Below are positions 27,734 through 37,562 of a DNA stretch of 64,000 bases, in pieces. The first letter of the stretch is position 1, and the number at the start of each line of letters is the position of its first letter. Source of the DNA: a virus. Taxonomy: Duplodnaviria > Heunggongvirae > Uroviricota > Caudoviricetes. The DNA is taken from positions 237,741 through 301,740 of the IMG/VR virus record IMGVR_UViG_3300017565_000001. One strand, given 5' to 3'. The notes under the pieces were generated by a model. That model searched no databases, was not told where the DNA came from, and saw nothing but the letters and a program-made list of their open reading frames with translations. The position numbers and the translations under genes are program-made.

Positions 27734-29926
27734 TTACAACGAACTGTCATCACTCTGCAATGCTTGTTCATCAACACTCTTAACATAGTTGATGACCGTC
27801 ATACGATCTTTCTGATCATACGAATATTTCGTCAAGAGCTTCAACATGGGATAATTGTCAGTGATGGCATTCCACTCACTCACAAAGTCGATTTCAACCA
27901 AAGTCTGCGAATCTTCTTTGAAATTAAGGAGTTTGGCCAGTTGATGCAATTCGACCTGGGTAGCTGTCTGAATTTGATTTGCTTCTTCGATCCGTTCACG
28001 GAACTTGCGAATTGGGTGGTCTTCAGACAACTCATTTACTGCCACAGCAGCCCATGAAGAGTAATGTGACTCGGACGAATGGCGCCAGGCTTGATATGCT
28101 TGACGACGTACAACCGCGCCTGCCACATCAACCTTACTGAGCTTCTTCTTCAAACGATCTTTGATATCGTCGTAAAAATTAATCCACTTGTCACTTTCGT
28201 CAAATTCTTTGGTCTTGGAACGCAATACGCCAAGCACCACTTCATTATCGGCATATAGACCAGTTGACCTCGCCATAGTCAACACATCAGCAAATCGTTG
28301 ATCCTTACGATCGCCATCGCACGGGTAATTACGCAGAATTGGCAAGTAAACGCCACCATCTTCAAAATCCAAATCGTCCGGTTCGAGGTCAGAACTGCCG
28401 TAATGTGGATTCAAGAATTCCTGATAAATCGTGCGCTTGCCACCGCTGGACGGAGTGCTACGCGATGGCAATGGATCAAGCGTTGACGTGTTGGTAGTTT
28501 GCGGGTCACCAAGCGCATTCAACAGTTTCTTGACATCAGCATCAGAACCCTTGATGGTGTATCCTGATGCCAGCGTTCCGCTCTTCTTGATGTGTTGTTT
28601 GACTCGAGTGGCGCCACCGCGCTTCAAGTCATCAATGAAGATTCCCACCGTGCCACTGGGGCTAACAGCATAGGTTTCTTTGACGTTAGCAGTGGCAAAG
28701 GTTGCCCGACGATTCGCACGGTAACTAGTCGACAGTGTTACTTCGACTGATGGATAGTTAGCCATGGACAATTTAATGACATTGTCGTATGGCAAAAACC
28801 GTTTGTTCTTCCACATGAACGGATTGTCATTTGTGATGACAGAACTCAATACTGAAACCTGGCTGAGGATTGCGCTAAACTTGCAACGAGCTTCCCATTC
28901 AGTCGTGCAAGCATCAATCACGTCCTTGAACTTCAGGGGGAGTTCAGCCGCAACAACCTTCAGAGCATTCTTGATATTCTGAATTGTGGGGCCCTTGTAG
29001 CTGAGGGTTTCGCGCGAAGCGGTTACGTCCAGATCACCGATGGGAAATTGGATAACCAAGTGCGAACGCAGCAGGTTCCAATAAAGTTGACCTTCAGTGG
29101 TGCTATGATCCAAATCCAGAGCGTATGCATCAATGGGGTAGGCAACCTTGCCTTGAATGGCCATGGCACCGTGCGAACCATACGGTGATGCGGTGTTTAG
29201 CACCCAGTTGGAGCCTGAGACCTTGGGGTTCAGAGTAGCCACTTGCCAGTTGTGGGCACCAGTGACAACAGGTTGCGGGTCAAACCATTGCAGGACCAGC
29301 TTGGCCTTCTCAGCAAACACGTGATAATCGTTCTTCTTGACGGGCATGGACACTTCAAGGCCATTGCCTTCATCCGTGGGTTCACGACCCAGCTCAACAA
29401 TTTCAGGTTCATCCTGTTCGTTGATGTAAGCGGTGAAGCTATACTTCATGCCATCTTTACGGCTGATTACCGTGAAGCTGTCCACATAGCTGAAAGGAGA
29501 CTTTGAGCCCAGACCCAATGCACCGATGAAATCGTTGCTGGTGGTCTTGGTGGATTTGAAGAACGTATTGTAGATACCACCAACAAAGACTCGTTCTTCC
29601 TTACCATCCTCATTCGTGACCGTCTTCCAGTAACCACACATTTCTTCTGGAGTGAGGCCAATACCGTAATCACGGATGGTCAGCCAGGGTTCCAGAGCTG
29701 TGGGGAGATGTACAGAGAAGGGCTTGTCAGGGCATCCCGCGGCGATGTGAGCATCGTACGCATTGCAGGACAATTCACGCAGAATTGCCTTGGGCTTATC
29801 GGGATACAGGGAGTCACTGAGGACGCGAAAGGCTTTGCCGTTTGCTTCAATGGTGAACTTGCTTTCGTTCAACCCGCCACTTCTTTCGATGGCGTTTACT
29901 TTACCTTCAATGATCATGCTGGGCAC
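27734..29926 (-). CDS. rIIA: rIIA-like protein (N-terminal GHKL ATPase)
   Basis: KAFRVLSDSLY, RELSCNAYDAH, IRDYGIGL, GALGLGSKSPFSY, SRETLSY; adjacent to rIIB. Confidence 0.9.
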   Translation of the reverse strand: MPSMIIEGKVNAIERSGGLNESKFTIEANGKAFRVLSDSLYPDKPKAILRELSCNAYDAHIAAGCPDKPFSVHLPTALEPWLTIRDYGIGLTPEEMCGYWKTVTNEDGKEERVFVGGIYNTFFKSTKTTSNDFIGALGLGSKSPFSYVDSFTVISRKDGMKYSFTAYINEQDEPEIVELGREPTDEGNGLEVSMPVKKNDYHVFAEKAKLVLQWFDPQPVVTGAHNWQVATLNPKVSGSNWVLNTASPYGSHGAMAIQGKVAYPIDAYALDLDHSTTEGQLYWNLLRSHLVIQFPIGDLDVTASRETLSYKGPTIQNIKNALKVVAAELPLKFKDVIDACTTEWEARCKFSAILSQVSVLSSVITNDNPFMWKNKRFLPYDNVIKLSMANYPSVEVTLSTSYRANRRATFATANVKETYAVSPSGTVGIFIDDLKRGGATRVKQHIKKSGTLASGYTIKGSDADVKKLLNALGDPQTTNTSTLDPLPSRSTPSSGGKRTIYQEFLNPHYGSSDLEPDDLDFEDGGVYLPILRNYPCDGDRKDQRFADVLTMARSTGLYADNEVVLGVLRSKTKEFDESDKWINFYDDIKDRLKKKLSKVDVAGAVVRRQAYQAWRHSSESHYSSWAAVAVNELSEDHPIRKFRERIEEANQIQTATQVELHQLAKLLNFKEDSQTLVEIDFVSEWNAITDNYPMLKLLTKYSYDQKDRMTVINYVKSVDEQALQSDDSSL

Positions 29927-30022
29927 TCAATGTTTTTATGGTTTATGCCCATCATACTAAATGGCAAGATGGCTAGTGTCAAGCACTAGCCATCTTTTAT
30001 TTTGAAACCTGGTTGTTTCGTG

Positions 30023-30301
30023 TTACTTACTCATGCGCTGTTCGTTGATTTCACGAACCGTATCGATGATTTTCTGCAGGGTTTCTTCACCCGTCCCTTC
30101 AACTTTGCGATTTGCACCATAGAACGTGTAGTGCGTAACCTCTTGTTCAGCGTCTGTGTGAACTTCGAAGTGGCTAATGCAAGCAAGATTCTTGTGCAGC
30201 AGGCCAACCTTGGGCACATACTCAGCAATGAAGTACAGACCACGCGAGCCACCGCTCTTGTATTTGTAGCCCAGCTTGCTGATCTCTTTGCCGAATTCCA
30301 T
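30023..30301 (-). CDS. hypothetical early protein
   Basis: GGAG SD; in-frame upstream ATG at 30325. Confidence 0.7.
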   Translation of the reverse strand: MEFGKEISKLGYKYKSGGSRGLYFIAEYVPKVGLLHKNLACISHFEVHTDAEQEVTHYTFYGANRKVEGTGEETLQKIIDTVREINEQRMSK

Positions 30302-30324
30302 TTGCTTCTCCGTTTGTTTTACCA

Positions 30325-30361
30325 TGTTTCACATTATGGTACCAAATGAACTAGGAGTCAA
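30325..30361 (-). promoter_or_regulatory. conserved early promoter, copy 5
   Basis: TTGACT-N17-CATAAT-GTGAAAC-ATGGTAAA; box at 30342-30350. Confidence 0.75.
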
Positions 30362-30930
30362 GGCTTCGACACTACTCGTATGGCTTCTCGCAATTGCTTG
30401 ATGGAATGCTCCAGGCCGCAAGAGCAATACAGGTCTTGCTTAACTACGAGACCCGTGGGATGAATGGCGCAGAATTCTGAATGTTCGCCTCGAGTCTGGA
30501 GGATTTCCTGAGCGTCTTTCATTACATCTAGGACAGTGACATTGGTGTTCGTTTGCATTGATCGCAAAAACGAATTATAGATGATGCTGAACCATCCGAC
30601 CTGATAACCAACTAGCAACGATATGAGGACCACCGCATACACGGGGATATCCAAGCTGACATTCAGAAAAATCATCCCCATGGCACTGAATAACAGTAGT
30701 GGAGAAGCATAGGTGGCTGCTCGATTGAATTTGTATGGGCGATCATACAAATGAAGCATGTCTTGGGTTGTATGCGCCATTACGACCCCAGTCACAGCCG
30801 CAAGCACGTAACCCAATTGGCCGGTATCACCAGGTAGCAAATACGCTAGTATGATTGATACTATCAACATCACAACCGCAAATGCAATCGTTCCATTGAC
30901 TTTGGCAAGAACAGCCTTGAAAACCTTCAT
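30358..30930 (-). CDS. four-TM membrane protein
   Basis: Four hydrophobic segments; C-terminal H..C...CSC cluster. Confidence 0.7.
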   Translation of the reverse strand: MKVFKAVLAKVNGTIAFAVVMLIVSIILAYLLPGDTGQLGYVLAAVTGVVMAHTTQDMLHLYDRPYKFNRAATYASPLLLFSAMGMIFLNVSLDIPVYAVVLISLLVGYQVGWFSIIYNSFLRSMQTNTNVTVLDVMKDAQEILQTRGEHSEFCAIHPTGLVVKQDLYCSCGLEHSIKQLREAIRVVSKP

Positions 30931-30983
30931 TCAACTCTCCATAGAATAGATTGTTGAATATTACACATTATGGCATCTAGTAG

Positions 30984-31526
30984 TCAATTGCCATGTGATC
31001 CACAACATACGGTCATCAGGAGTGGTGTGGGATCCAGTAAGGTAGCGGGTCGCTCTTCCATAACGTCCCAGGGAGGGCATGACCTAGTTCCAGGTTGGTG
31101 CAACTCCACGTGAAGCATTGACATAGGACGACCTTTGAAATTCTTCAGCACTCGTTTGACTGACCCAATGCGATCACCCGTCTGCAGGACTTTGCCTACC
31201 TCTACGCATGAAATGATTTCACCGTATGCGACGACACCGCTTTCGCCTTCAACTAGGACTACTTGGGTGTCTTCCCACCACGGAAGACCAGCCAGAGGCC
31301 CTGTAAAGGGGAGTACGGCGACAACCGTACCCGACTCTACGGCGAATACCTTGGAATATTCAGGACAATAAAGGTCGACGCCTTCGTGTACGTGATGAGT
31401 ACGTTGGACGCCAAAGGCACCGCAATGGTCACCGACCGGTAGGCCCGTATAACCACATGGCATTGTTTTGAACGATTCACTGTCATCTGTAGATAACAGT
31501 TTCAGTTCAAGAGGATTGGACCACAT
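30984..31526 (-). CDS. M23 family peptidase (peptidoglycan endopeptidase-like)
   Basis: HEGVD and LHVE zinc motifs, VFAVESGTVV. Confidence 0.8.
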   Translation of the reverse strand: MWSNPLELKLLSTDDSESFKTMPCGYTGLPVGDHCGAFGVQRTHHVHEGVDLYCPEYSKVFAVESGTVVAVLPFTGPLAGLPWWEDTQVVLVEGESGVVAYGEIISCVEVGKVLQTGDRIGSVKRVLKNFKGRPMSMLHVELHQPGTRSCPPWDVMEERPATLLDPTPLLMTVCCGSHGN

Positions 31527-31610
31527 AACGTGATTTCTCTCAGTGAAGACTACACTTCATCTATTTACGTCCATCATATTACAGGATGGTTACCATTCAT
31601 GCAAATGGCA

Positions 31611-32612
31611 TTAGATGTCGTATAAGCCAACAGCTTCACGTATCTTCTGAACCCGCTCAGACACTAGGTTTCTTGCTCTGGATGCACCAGCCAGAAGAAT
31701 GTCACGGACCTTGCTGGGTGCGGCCATGTAATATTCATACTTGTCACGCATAGGGCTGAGCTCGCGTTCCAACAAGGCAACGAGATCTTTCTTGGCGTCT
31801 CCCCATCCCAACCCATTATCAAGGCTGTCTTTGAATGCTTGAGCTTCGTCATCTGTGGAGAATGCACGATAGATTTTGTAAACGTTTGAATTCAACGCAT
31901 CTTTTGGTTCTCCTGGTAACAAAGAATCGGTGACAATCCGCATCACGTTTTTCTTCAATGCCTTACTACCACCAGCAAACAACGGGATGGTGTTGTTGTA
32001 GCTCTTGGACATCTTGCGGCCGTCAAGACCGGGCAGTACATCAGCAACAGTTGACACTTGTGCTTCGGGTAAATCAAAATGTTGGCCGTAAACATGGTTG
32101 AAACGTTGAGCGATGTCTCGAGCCATCTGAATGTGTTGAATCTGATCGTAGCCGACTGGAACCGTATTTGCATTGAACAGTAGAATATCAGCCGCCATCA
32201 ATACAGGGTAGGAATACAACCCCATACTGATACCATCGTCTACATCATGCTCCAACTTGTTGTTTTGGTCGACTGCGGCCTTATAAGCATGGGCGCGATT
32301 CATCAGCCCCTTGGCAGTCACACAACTCAGAATCCAATTTAGTTCTTGGATTTCGGGAATGTCTGACTGTCGGTAAAGAGTCACATGATCGGGATCCAAT
32401 CCAGCGGCGAGCCACGAAGACGCAATTTCAAGTCTTGACTGCGCCACCCTTGCCGGTTCGTCACATTTGATGAGAGCATGATAGTCAGCCAGAAAGAAGA
32501 ACGATTGTGTATTGGGCTGTAGACTTGCCTGAATCGCGGGACGAATGGCACCAGCATAATTCCCCAGATGGGGAATTCCTGTTGTCGTGATACCAGTGAG
32601 GATTCGTTTCAT
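31611..32612 (-). CDS. trpS: tryptophanyl-tRNA synthetase
   Basis: TGITTTGIPHLGN, YPVLMAADIL, VPVGYDQIQH, KMSKS. Confidence 0.97.
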   Translation of the reverse strand: MKRILTGITTTGIPHLGNYAGAIRPAIQASLQPNTQSFFFLADYHALIKCDEPARVAQSRLEIASSWLAAGLDPDHVTLYRQSDIPEIQELNWILSCVTAKGLMNRAHAYKAAVDQNNKLEHDVDDGISMGLYSYPVLMAADILLFNANTVPVGYDQIQHIQMARDIAQRFNHVYGQHFDLPEAQVSTVADVLPGLDGRKMSKSYNNTIPLFAGGSKALKKNVMRIVTDSLLPGEPKDALNSNVYKIYRAFSTDDEAQAFKDSLDNGLGWGDAKKDLVALLERELSPMRDKYEYYMAAPSKVRDILLAGASRARNLVSERVQKIREAVGLYDI

Positions 32613-32683
32613 TTTGACTCCATGAAGAAATGAGCCATTATAAGCTAATGGCTCATTTAACGCTATTGATTAGCGACAGGACC

Positions 32684-33070
32684 TCACTTGATCAGTTCAG
32701 CCAGATCATCGAACAGATCCACGACTTCATGCAGGCCAGAAGAATGGCGTTCGTCGTAGGCGATCTTGTAGGCCTTTTCGGCCTTGGGACCGCTGACGTC
32801 GTAGTCAGCGAACAGATCAGCCTTGAATTCATCGCTGAGGCGATTCATGTTGGTAACATGGGCCAGGGTGGCGGTGCGGTATGCAACGTCATCCACTTCA
32901 GTTTCGACACTGTAGCCCTTGTTGCGCCATTCGGCCCGCAGGTCTTCGCTGGGATTCAGGAGACCGTTGACGATCACCTTGCCCTTGCTGTACACGAAAT
33001 ACTTGGTGAAGTCAGACTTGCGCGGACGAGTGCCATAATCGGTGTAGTAGGACAGTTCCTTCATTTTCAT
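32684..33070 (-). CDS. hypothetical early protein
   Basis: GGAG SD; in-frame upstream ATG at 33091. Confidence 0.7.
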   Translation of the reverse strand: MKMKELSYYTDYGTRPRKSDFTKYFVYSKGKVIVNGLLNPSEDLRAEWRNKGYSVETEVDDVAYRTATLAHVTNMNRLSDEFKADLFADYDVSGPKAEKAYKIAYDERHSSGLHEVVDLFDDLAELIK

Positions 33071-33090
33071 TTTCTCCGTTTCGTTTACCA

Positions 33091-33126
33091 TGTTTGTATT
33101 CTGATACCAAATGAATATGAAGTCAA
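33091..33126 (-). promoter_or_regulatory. conserved early promoter, copy 6
   Basis: TTGACT-N17-CAGAAT-ACAAAC-ATGGTAAAC; box at 33107-33115. Confidence 0.75.
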
Positions 33127-33165
33127 CACTCAAATGAAAAGAATGACGCCCTGGGCGTCATTCTT

Positions 33166-33270
33166 TTACAACATGCTCTTGATGTGGGAGATCATTCCAA
33201 TGATCAGCAGAATGATCCCCACCGTACAGCCGCCAACCACCAGGATGGCGAACAGACAAGCGGGTGTCAT
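33166..33270 (-). CDS. 34-aa single-TM microprotein (not in the ORF track)
   Basis: MTPACLFAILVVGGCTVGIILLIIGMISHIKSML*; ATGA-coupled to the upstream gene and followed by a terminator hairpin. Confidence 0.55.
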   Translation of the reverse strand: MTPACLFAILVVGGCTVGIILLIIGMISHIKSML

Positions 33271-33521
33271 GCAGTTTCTGCGATGAGCCCCGAGGGAATG
33301 CCTTCCGTGCTGGGGCGAGCCAGCGACAGTTCCTTGCTGACGTCCTGGCTGATCTTCAGGTAGCGAGCGTGGTTGGCCGGTTCCATCATGAAATTCGCAA
33401 CGGTGACGGCCAGATCACGGTACGTGGCCGTTTCCGTCGCTCGACCCGTCGGATCGGACAACTTGATCAGGACGGCCAAGCGGACCTTGAGTTCGACTTC
33501 GGGATTGATTTGCAGGGTCAT
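33267..33521 (-). CDS. hypothetical protein
   Basis: 84 aa, AGGAG SD. Confidence 0.7.
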   Translation of the reverse strand: MTLQINPEVELKVRLAVLIKLSDPTGRATETATYRDLAVTVANFMMEPANHARYLKISQDVSKELSLARPSTEGIPSGLIAETA

Positions 33522-33599
33522 AATGATCTCCTAAGAGGTTGCGTGGGCGGGAATCTTACAATGCCACATTGTAGCATGAAAATTTCAAATGGTTATGAA

Positions 33600-33842
33600 T
33601 TATTTTGAACTGGCGCTATCGCGATGTCCCCACATAATATTCAGAGGGCCGATGATCAATTGCCAGGCCGAGCCATCCTTGGAGGAAATCACGCGACCCA
33701 GAGAAAACACGTGATAGTGGCGGTAATTGGATCCCTTGGGGCTTCTGTTTCTGGTGAACCAAATACGTTGGCGTCCAACCTTACTAGATGCCATCCGCAC
33801 CATACAGCCTCGTTGGATCAACCACCGTTCGATCTTATTCAT
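33600..33842 (-). CDS. hypothetical protein
   Basis: Overlaps the upstream gene's stop region. Confidence 0.5.
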   Translation of the reverse strand: MNKIERWLIQRGCMVRMASSKVGRQRIWFTRNRSPKGSNYRHYHVFSLGRVISSKDGSAWQLIIGPLNIMWGHRDSASSK

Positions 33843-34095
33843 CTGATAGTCCCAGAGCACGTTGTAGGAACTTCACATCCTCTGGACGACTGGCGACGCC
33901 CATACTGATCGACTTGTCGTAGGGGATGACTTTGCCATCCTCAATGTAAAAGAAGCCACCAGCAATCACGGTGCCATGATTGAAAAACTTCCCAATGTCG
34001 TCATGACCGACTGTTTCAGGAAAGCAAATGGCAACGTATTGGTCCACGTATTTGGTGGCCAGTTCACCGATCAGATATTTGCCCCTTTGATACAT
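33835..34095 (-). CDS. hypothetical protein
   Basis: AGGAG SD before ATG 34095. Confidence 0.65.
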   Translation of the reverse strand: MYQRGKYLIGELATKYVDQYVAICFPETVGHDDIGKFFNHGTVIAGGFFYIEDGKVIPYDKSISMGVASRPEDVKFLQRALGLSDE

Positions 34096-34175
34096 GCTGA
34101 AATCTCCTATGAGATGCCAGAATAGCAAAATGGCAAGAGGAGTCAACCCCTTGCCATTCTATTAAGCTATGTTGC

Positions 34176-34541
34176 TTAGTGGCGAGTATTCAGCTTGCCA
34201 CGCGACATGTCGCTGTAGTAGTGGGTGGTCAGGTCAGCGGCCAGCGTGGGGCACAACAGATCACGCATGGGTTGGGCATTTACGGGAGTGTAGATGTCAC
34301 CACCGTCGGTGCGACCACCGATCTTTTCCGCGTACTTGTCCATGACCTTGGGCATCTGGCCCGTCAGGAACGTCTTGAAACGCAGCTTATGATTGCGACG
34401 ACCCCAGAAGTTGACCAACGTGCCGTTGATCTTGGCTACGCCCCAAACCTTGTCATTCTTGGCAGCACCACCATTCGCACCGCGCTCACCTTCGTTGTAA
34501 AAAGCGGCGAACTTGATCACTTCGATTTGTGCGTTGGACAT
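34176..34541 (-). CDS. WGR-like domain protein, paralog 2
   Basis: KNDKVWGVAKINGTLVNFWGRR; in-frame upstream ATG at 34568. Confidence 0.75.
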   Translation of the reverse strand: MSNAQIEVIKFAAFYNEGERGANGGAAKNDKVWGVAKINGTLVNFWGRRNHKLRFKTFLTGQMPKVMDKYAEKIGGRTDGGDIYTPVNAQPMRDLLCPTLAADLTTHYYSDMSRGKLNTRH

Positions 34542-34567
34542 TTGTGTTTGCTCCGTGTTGTTTACCA

Positions 34568-34604
34568 TGTATCAAATGATATACCTGGTTTCACATGGGG
34601 TCAA
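34568..34604 (-). promoter_or_regulatory. conserved early promoter, copy 7
   Basis: TTGACC-N17-TATCAT-TTGATAC-ATGGTAAAC; boxes at 34590-34598, 34607-34615 and 34623-34631. Confidence 0.8.
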
Positions 34605-34631
34605 CACCAAATGAAGAAATAATTCACCTGG

Positions 34632-34886
34632 TTACAATTCTATTTGGTTGTATTGCAAGTAGAACTGTAGAGCATCGGCTTCTCGGAAAAAACTGACAAT
34701 CATCATATTAAAGCCATAATGCAGAACTTGGCTGTACTCTGATATCTGTTGGGTGGTTTCCTTAAGGTCAGCCATCATTTTCCATGTTGGTATCGCCGAC
34801 GTATGACCAATCAATGTCACTATCAACTTATGTTCGAATTGACATAGGCTGTGTGGTACGCGCAGTGTATCAATGATGTATTTCAT
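34632..34886 (-). CDS. small protein, FxxxxDAxxFxL family
   Basis: FFREADALQFYLQY. Confidence 0.65.
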   Translation of the reverse strand: MKYIIDTLRVPHSLCQFEHKLIVTLIGHTSAIPTWKMMADLKETTQQISEYSQVLHYGFNMMIVSFFREADALQFYLQYNQIEL

Positions 34887-34895
34887 GATTGATAG

Positions 34896-35150
34896 CTACC
34901 AGGTCAATGCGAACAGCATAGCATCTTGTTCGTTTTCAAAGAAGATGCGCCCCATTTCAGTAATGCGGTACCTGCCGACTGAATGAGCTTTCAACCACTT
35001 CTCAAACTTTTTGATTTGAGGAACAGTATCCTGAGATTCATCAATCGGTAGTCTACTCTGATGCGTCGGAATGAATCCCCAATTGCCACGTTGGGATATG
35101 GCTGCTCGAAAGTCGTAAAGACCACCAGTGATACTCGTGACTTCTACCAT
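34896..35150 (-). CDS. small protein, FxxxxDAxxFxL family
   Basis: FEKWLKAH...FENEQDAMLFALTW; start at the TAATG overlap. Confidence 0.7.
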   Translation of the reverse strand: MVEVTSITGGLYDFRAAISQRGNWGFIPTHQSRLPIDESQDTVPQIKKFEKWLKAHSVGRYRITEMGRIFFENEQDAMLFALTW

Positions 35151-35404
35151 TACGAGTGCGCCAAAATAAATGCCACCCTGTGTTCTTCGGAGGTGAAGCC
35201 CAACACTATGCATTGGGGACTCCATTGCGATATGGCTCCGTTAGGGTCAATATCGCAAACTTTTTGTTGGGTTGCGCACATAAGGGTACCGTCCACCCTT
35301 AGATCCGTTATCGCAAATAAACAATGGTCGAATTGGACGAAATCCCAACCCACTTGCATAACATGTGAGTTGGGTTTCGAATGCAAGTATGTGATTTTGG
35401 CCAT
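35150..35404 (-). CDS. small protein, degenerate FxxxxDAxxFxL family
   Basis: FTSEEHRVAFILAH. Confidence 0.6.
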   Translation of the reverse strand: MAKITYLHSKPNSHVMQVGWDFVQFDHCLFAITDLRVDGTLMCATQQKVCDIDPNGAISQWSPQCIVLGFTSEEHRVAFILAHS

Positions 35405-35411
35405 CGACAAT

Positions 35412-35699
35412 TCAGTCGTAGAACGGTTCCATGGGCTCGAGATCGCGTTCGAAGTCATACCAGGAATCCATCACCATGAGATCATACGCGAGTCGGGCGG
35501 CTTCCTGCTCCTGTTCGCGCTGGATAACGTTTTCACGATAATCCATAACTTGGGCCGACTCCAAGTCCAGGGGATTGTTTTGGGCTCGCCATTCAACCTC
35601 CTGGAGAACCTGCTCAAAAAGAACAGGATCGTTGGCCTCCAGCATGTCATCATTCGCCATGCGGTCCAATTCAATATCGGTCAGTTTGCGCAGATTCAT
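35412..35699 (-). CDS. acidic hypothetical protein
   Basis: AAGGAG SD; strongly Asp/Glu-rich. Confidence 0.7.
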   Translation of the reverse strand: MNLRKLTDIELDRMANDDMLEANDPVLFEQVLQEVEWRAQNNPLDLESAQVMDYRENVIQREQEQEAARLAYDLMVMDSWYDFERDLEPMEPFYD

Positions 35700-35710
35700 G
35701 AACGTTCTCC

Positions 35711-36109
35711 TTACTTCTTGATGCGCAGCATCAAGTCATCTTCGCTCAGACGGTAAAAGCGGTTCGTGCCGGGGATTGCAGCGATGAACGGCGTCTTGCG
35801 GGCGCGGGAGTTGTAACCAGTAACCTTCAGCTTGATGCCGTTAATCGTGAATTCACGATCCAGGTCCAGGTCAGGATACAGGGGACGGTATGCCGCAAGC
35901 GTGTCCGCTTGCTTGTCAGCCTTAGCATCAGCGATAGTGCGGTCAGCGTTGGCGAAAAGGGACACTTTGAATTCACCCTGCGAACCATCCAGATGGAACT
36001 TGGCGTTGCCAGCTTGGATGGAAATACCATGTCGCTTGGCGACTTCTGCCAGTGCTGCATTTATTTCCGGACGCAGGGTTTGCAAAAGTTGCTTGGTGAT
36101 CGTGGACAT
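35711..36109 (-). CDS. hypothetical early protein
   Basis: 132 aa, AAGGA SD, directly downstream of promoter copy 8. Confidence 0.75.
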   Translation of the reverse strand: MSTITKQLLQTLRPEINAALAEVAKRHGISIQAGNAKFHLDGSQGEFKVSLFANADRTIADAKADKQADTLAAYRPLYPDLDLDREFTINGIKLKVTGYNSRARKTPFIAAIPGTNRFYRLSEDDLMLRIKK

Positions 36110-36136
36110 TTGTGCATTTCCTTGTGTTGTTTACCG

Positions 36137-36173
36137 TACATCAAATGATACACCTGGTTTTCATACCAGTCAA
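36137..36173 (-). promoter_or_regulatory. conserved early promoter, copy 8
   Basis: TTGACT-N17-TATCAT-TTGATGT-ACGGTAAAC; CCAAGTGAA at 36176-36184. Confidence 0.75.
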
Positions 36174-36239
36174 CGCCAAGTGAAGAAGAATTGTAACGAA
36201 GGTAATATGTGGGATACCATTCTGGGATCAACGCATCGT

Positions 36240-36494
36240 TCACACGTGGCTAAAAGCCAAATAGAACATCATAGCTTCGTCTGGATCTTCAAAAACGAAC
36301 ATGCTTGGAATCGTATAACTGCCAGCACCACTTGAACATTTTGCCGTCCAAGCCAACATCTCACTTAAATACACACCATACTCTTTGACGGAGTATTTGG
36401 CCGTGTCAAATACTACCACCACCTTGGCGTCAAATCCTAGGTGTTTGGAAAAATTCAAGGTGCTCAATTCACTAAGGACTTCATACTGGGGCAT
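36240..36494 (-). CDS. small protein, FxxxxDAxxFxL family
   Basis: MLAWTAK...FEDPDEAMMFYLAF. Confidence 0.7.
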   Translation of the reverse strand: MPQYEVLSELSTLNFSKHLGFDAKVVVVFDTAKYSVKEYGVYLSEMLAWTAKCSSGAGSYTIPSMFVFEDPDEAMMFYLAFSHV

Positions 36495-36939
36495 TCAATT
36501 CCCTCCCTTCATAATGGTGTTCACGAATGGCTTGTACAGCATCCTCATACACGTCGTTGTTCGCTCGATCGTCATCAGTCAGGGAGGGAAGATTGCCGTA
36601 TTCGTCAAGTTCAACCAACTTCACATCACACACTATAAAGCCTTGTGATTTAAGATATTTGGCCCAATACCGCAACACCATAAGGGAGTCGTCACCGTTG
36701 GCAACTTGAAATCCACCAACTGATCCCGGCCAATAACTATCCTCGTGCCTGCCAAATAGGTTGTTGGCTTTCTTTATGGCGACGTCGTACTCGGCCTGAT
36801 TGGCAAAGAATGTCCCGAAGGTATCCAGATACCCTGCACAAGAAATGGTAGCCGCTTGCGGCTTCGTGTCGCCAGTGCCCATAAAGTACAGCTCAAAACG
36901 GCTGAAAATCATGTGGTAGGAATTGCGTATATTTGCCAT
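36481..36939 (-). CDS. hypothetical protein
   Basis: About 152 aa; start uncertain. Confidence 0.6.
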   Translation of the reverse strand: MANIRNSYHMIFSRFELYFMGTGDTKPQAATISCAGYLDTFGTFFANQAEYDVAIKKANNLFGRHEDSYWPGSVGGFQVANGDDSLMVLRYWAKYLKSQGFIVCDVKLVELDEYGNLPSLTDDDRANNDVYEDAVQAIREHHYEGRELNAPV

Positions 36940-37095
36940 ATCATTATGGTAGCATAAACATACCATCTCAAGTGTACTGGATGGTAAAAAGGGCTAGGGT
37001 TTATCTATTCCCTAGCCCTACGGCGCAGTTATCTATTTGGTGGGGTAGCCTACGGCGGGTCTCTGAGACGCATCGTCGTTTCCTTGCGCTTTACC

Positions 37096-37488
37096 TTAAG
37101 CCGCCGTCTTGGCGGGCTTCTTGGTGCTGCGCGTGTTCAGCTTGCCCGTGCCCATGGCCTTGTAGTAGCCGGTCTTCACGATTTGCGGCAGGCCGGGAAC
37201 CAGTTCTTCCTGCTGAGCGGGCGTCAGTTCCACGTATTCGTAGTCCTTGCCGTCCTTGCCAGCGATCTTGGCTTCGAACTTGGCCAGAGCGGCATCCAGT
37301 TCAGCGCGACGTTCCGTCTTGTAGCGCAGGACACCACCGCGGCGTCCGTAGAACTTGACGACGTTGCCAGCGACCTTCGCCACGCCCCAGATGCTGTCCT
37401 TGCTGGGAGCGCCGCCGTTGGCACCGCGCACACCTTCAACCAGGGCGCGACCAACCTTCAGGATTTCGACGTTTTGAACTTGGGTCAT
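37096..37488 (-). CDS. WGR-like domain protein, paralog 3
   Basis: SKDSIWGVAKVAGNVVKFYGRRGGVLRYKT; AGGAG SD. Confidence 0.75.
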   Translation of the reverse strand: MTQVQNVEILKVGRALVEGVRGANGGAPSKDSIWGVAKVAGNVVKFYGRRGGVLRYKTERRAELDAALAKFEAKIAGKDGKDYEYVELTPAQQEELVPGLPQIVKTGYYKAMGTGKLNTRSTKKPAKTAA

Positions 37489-37562
37489 TTGTGTATCTCC
37501 TATTCAGTTGAAAGTGTGTGCTACTTGTTGCTCTGTAGACCGTTTCATCTTGCTGTCTACCA

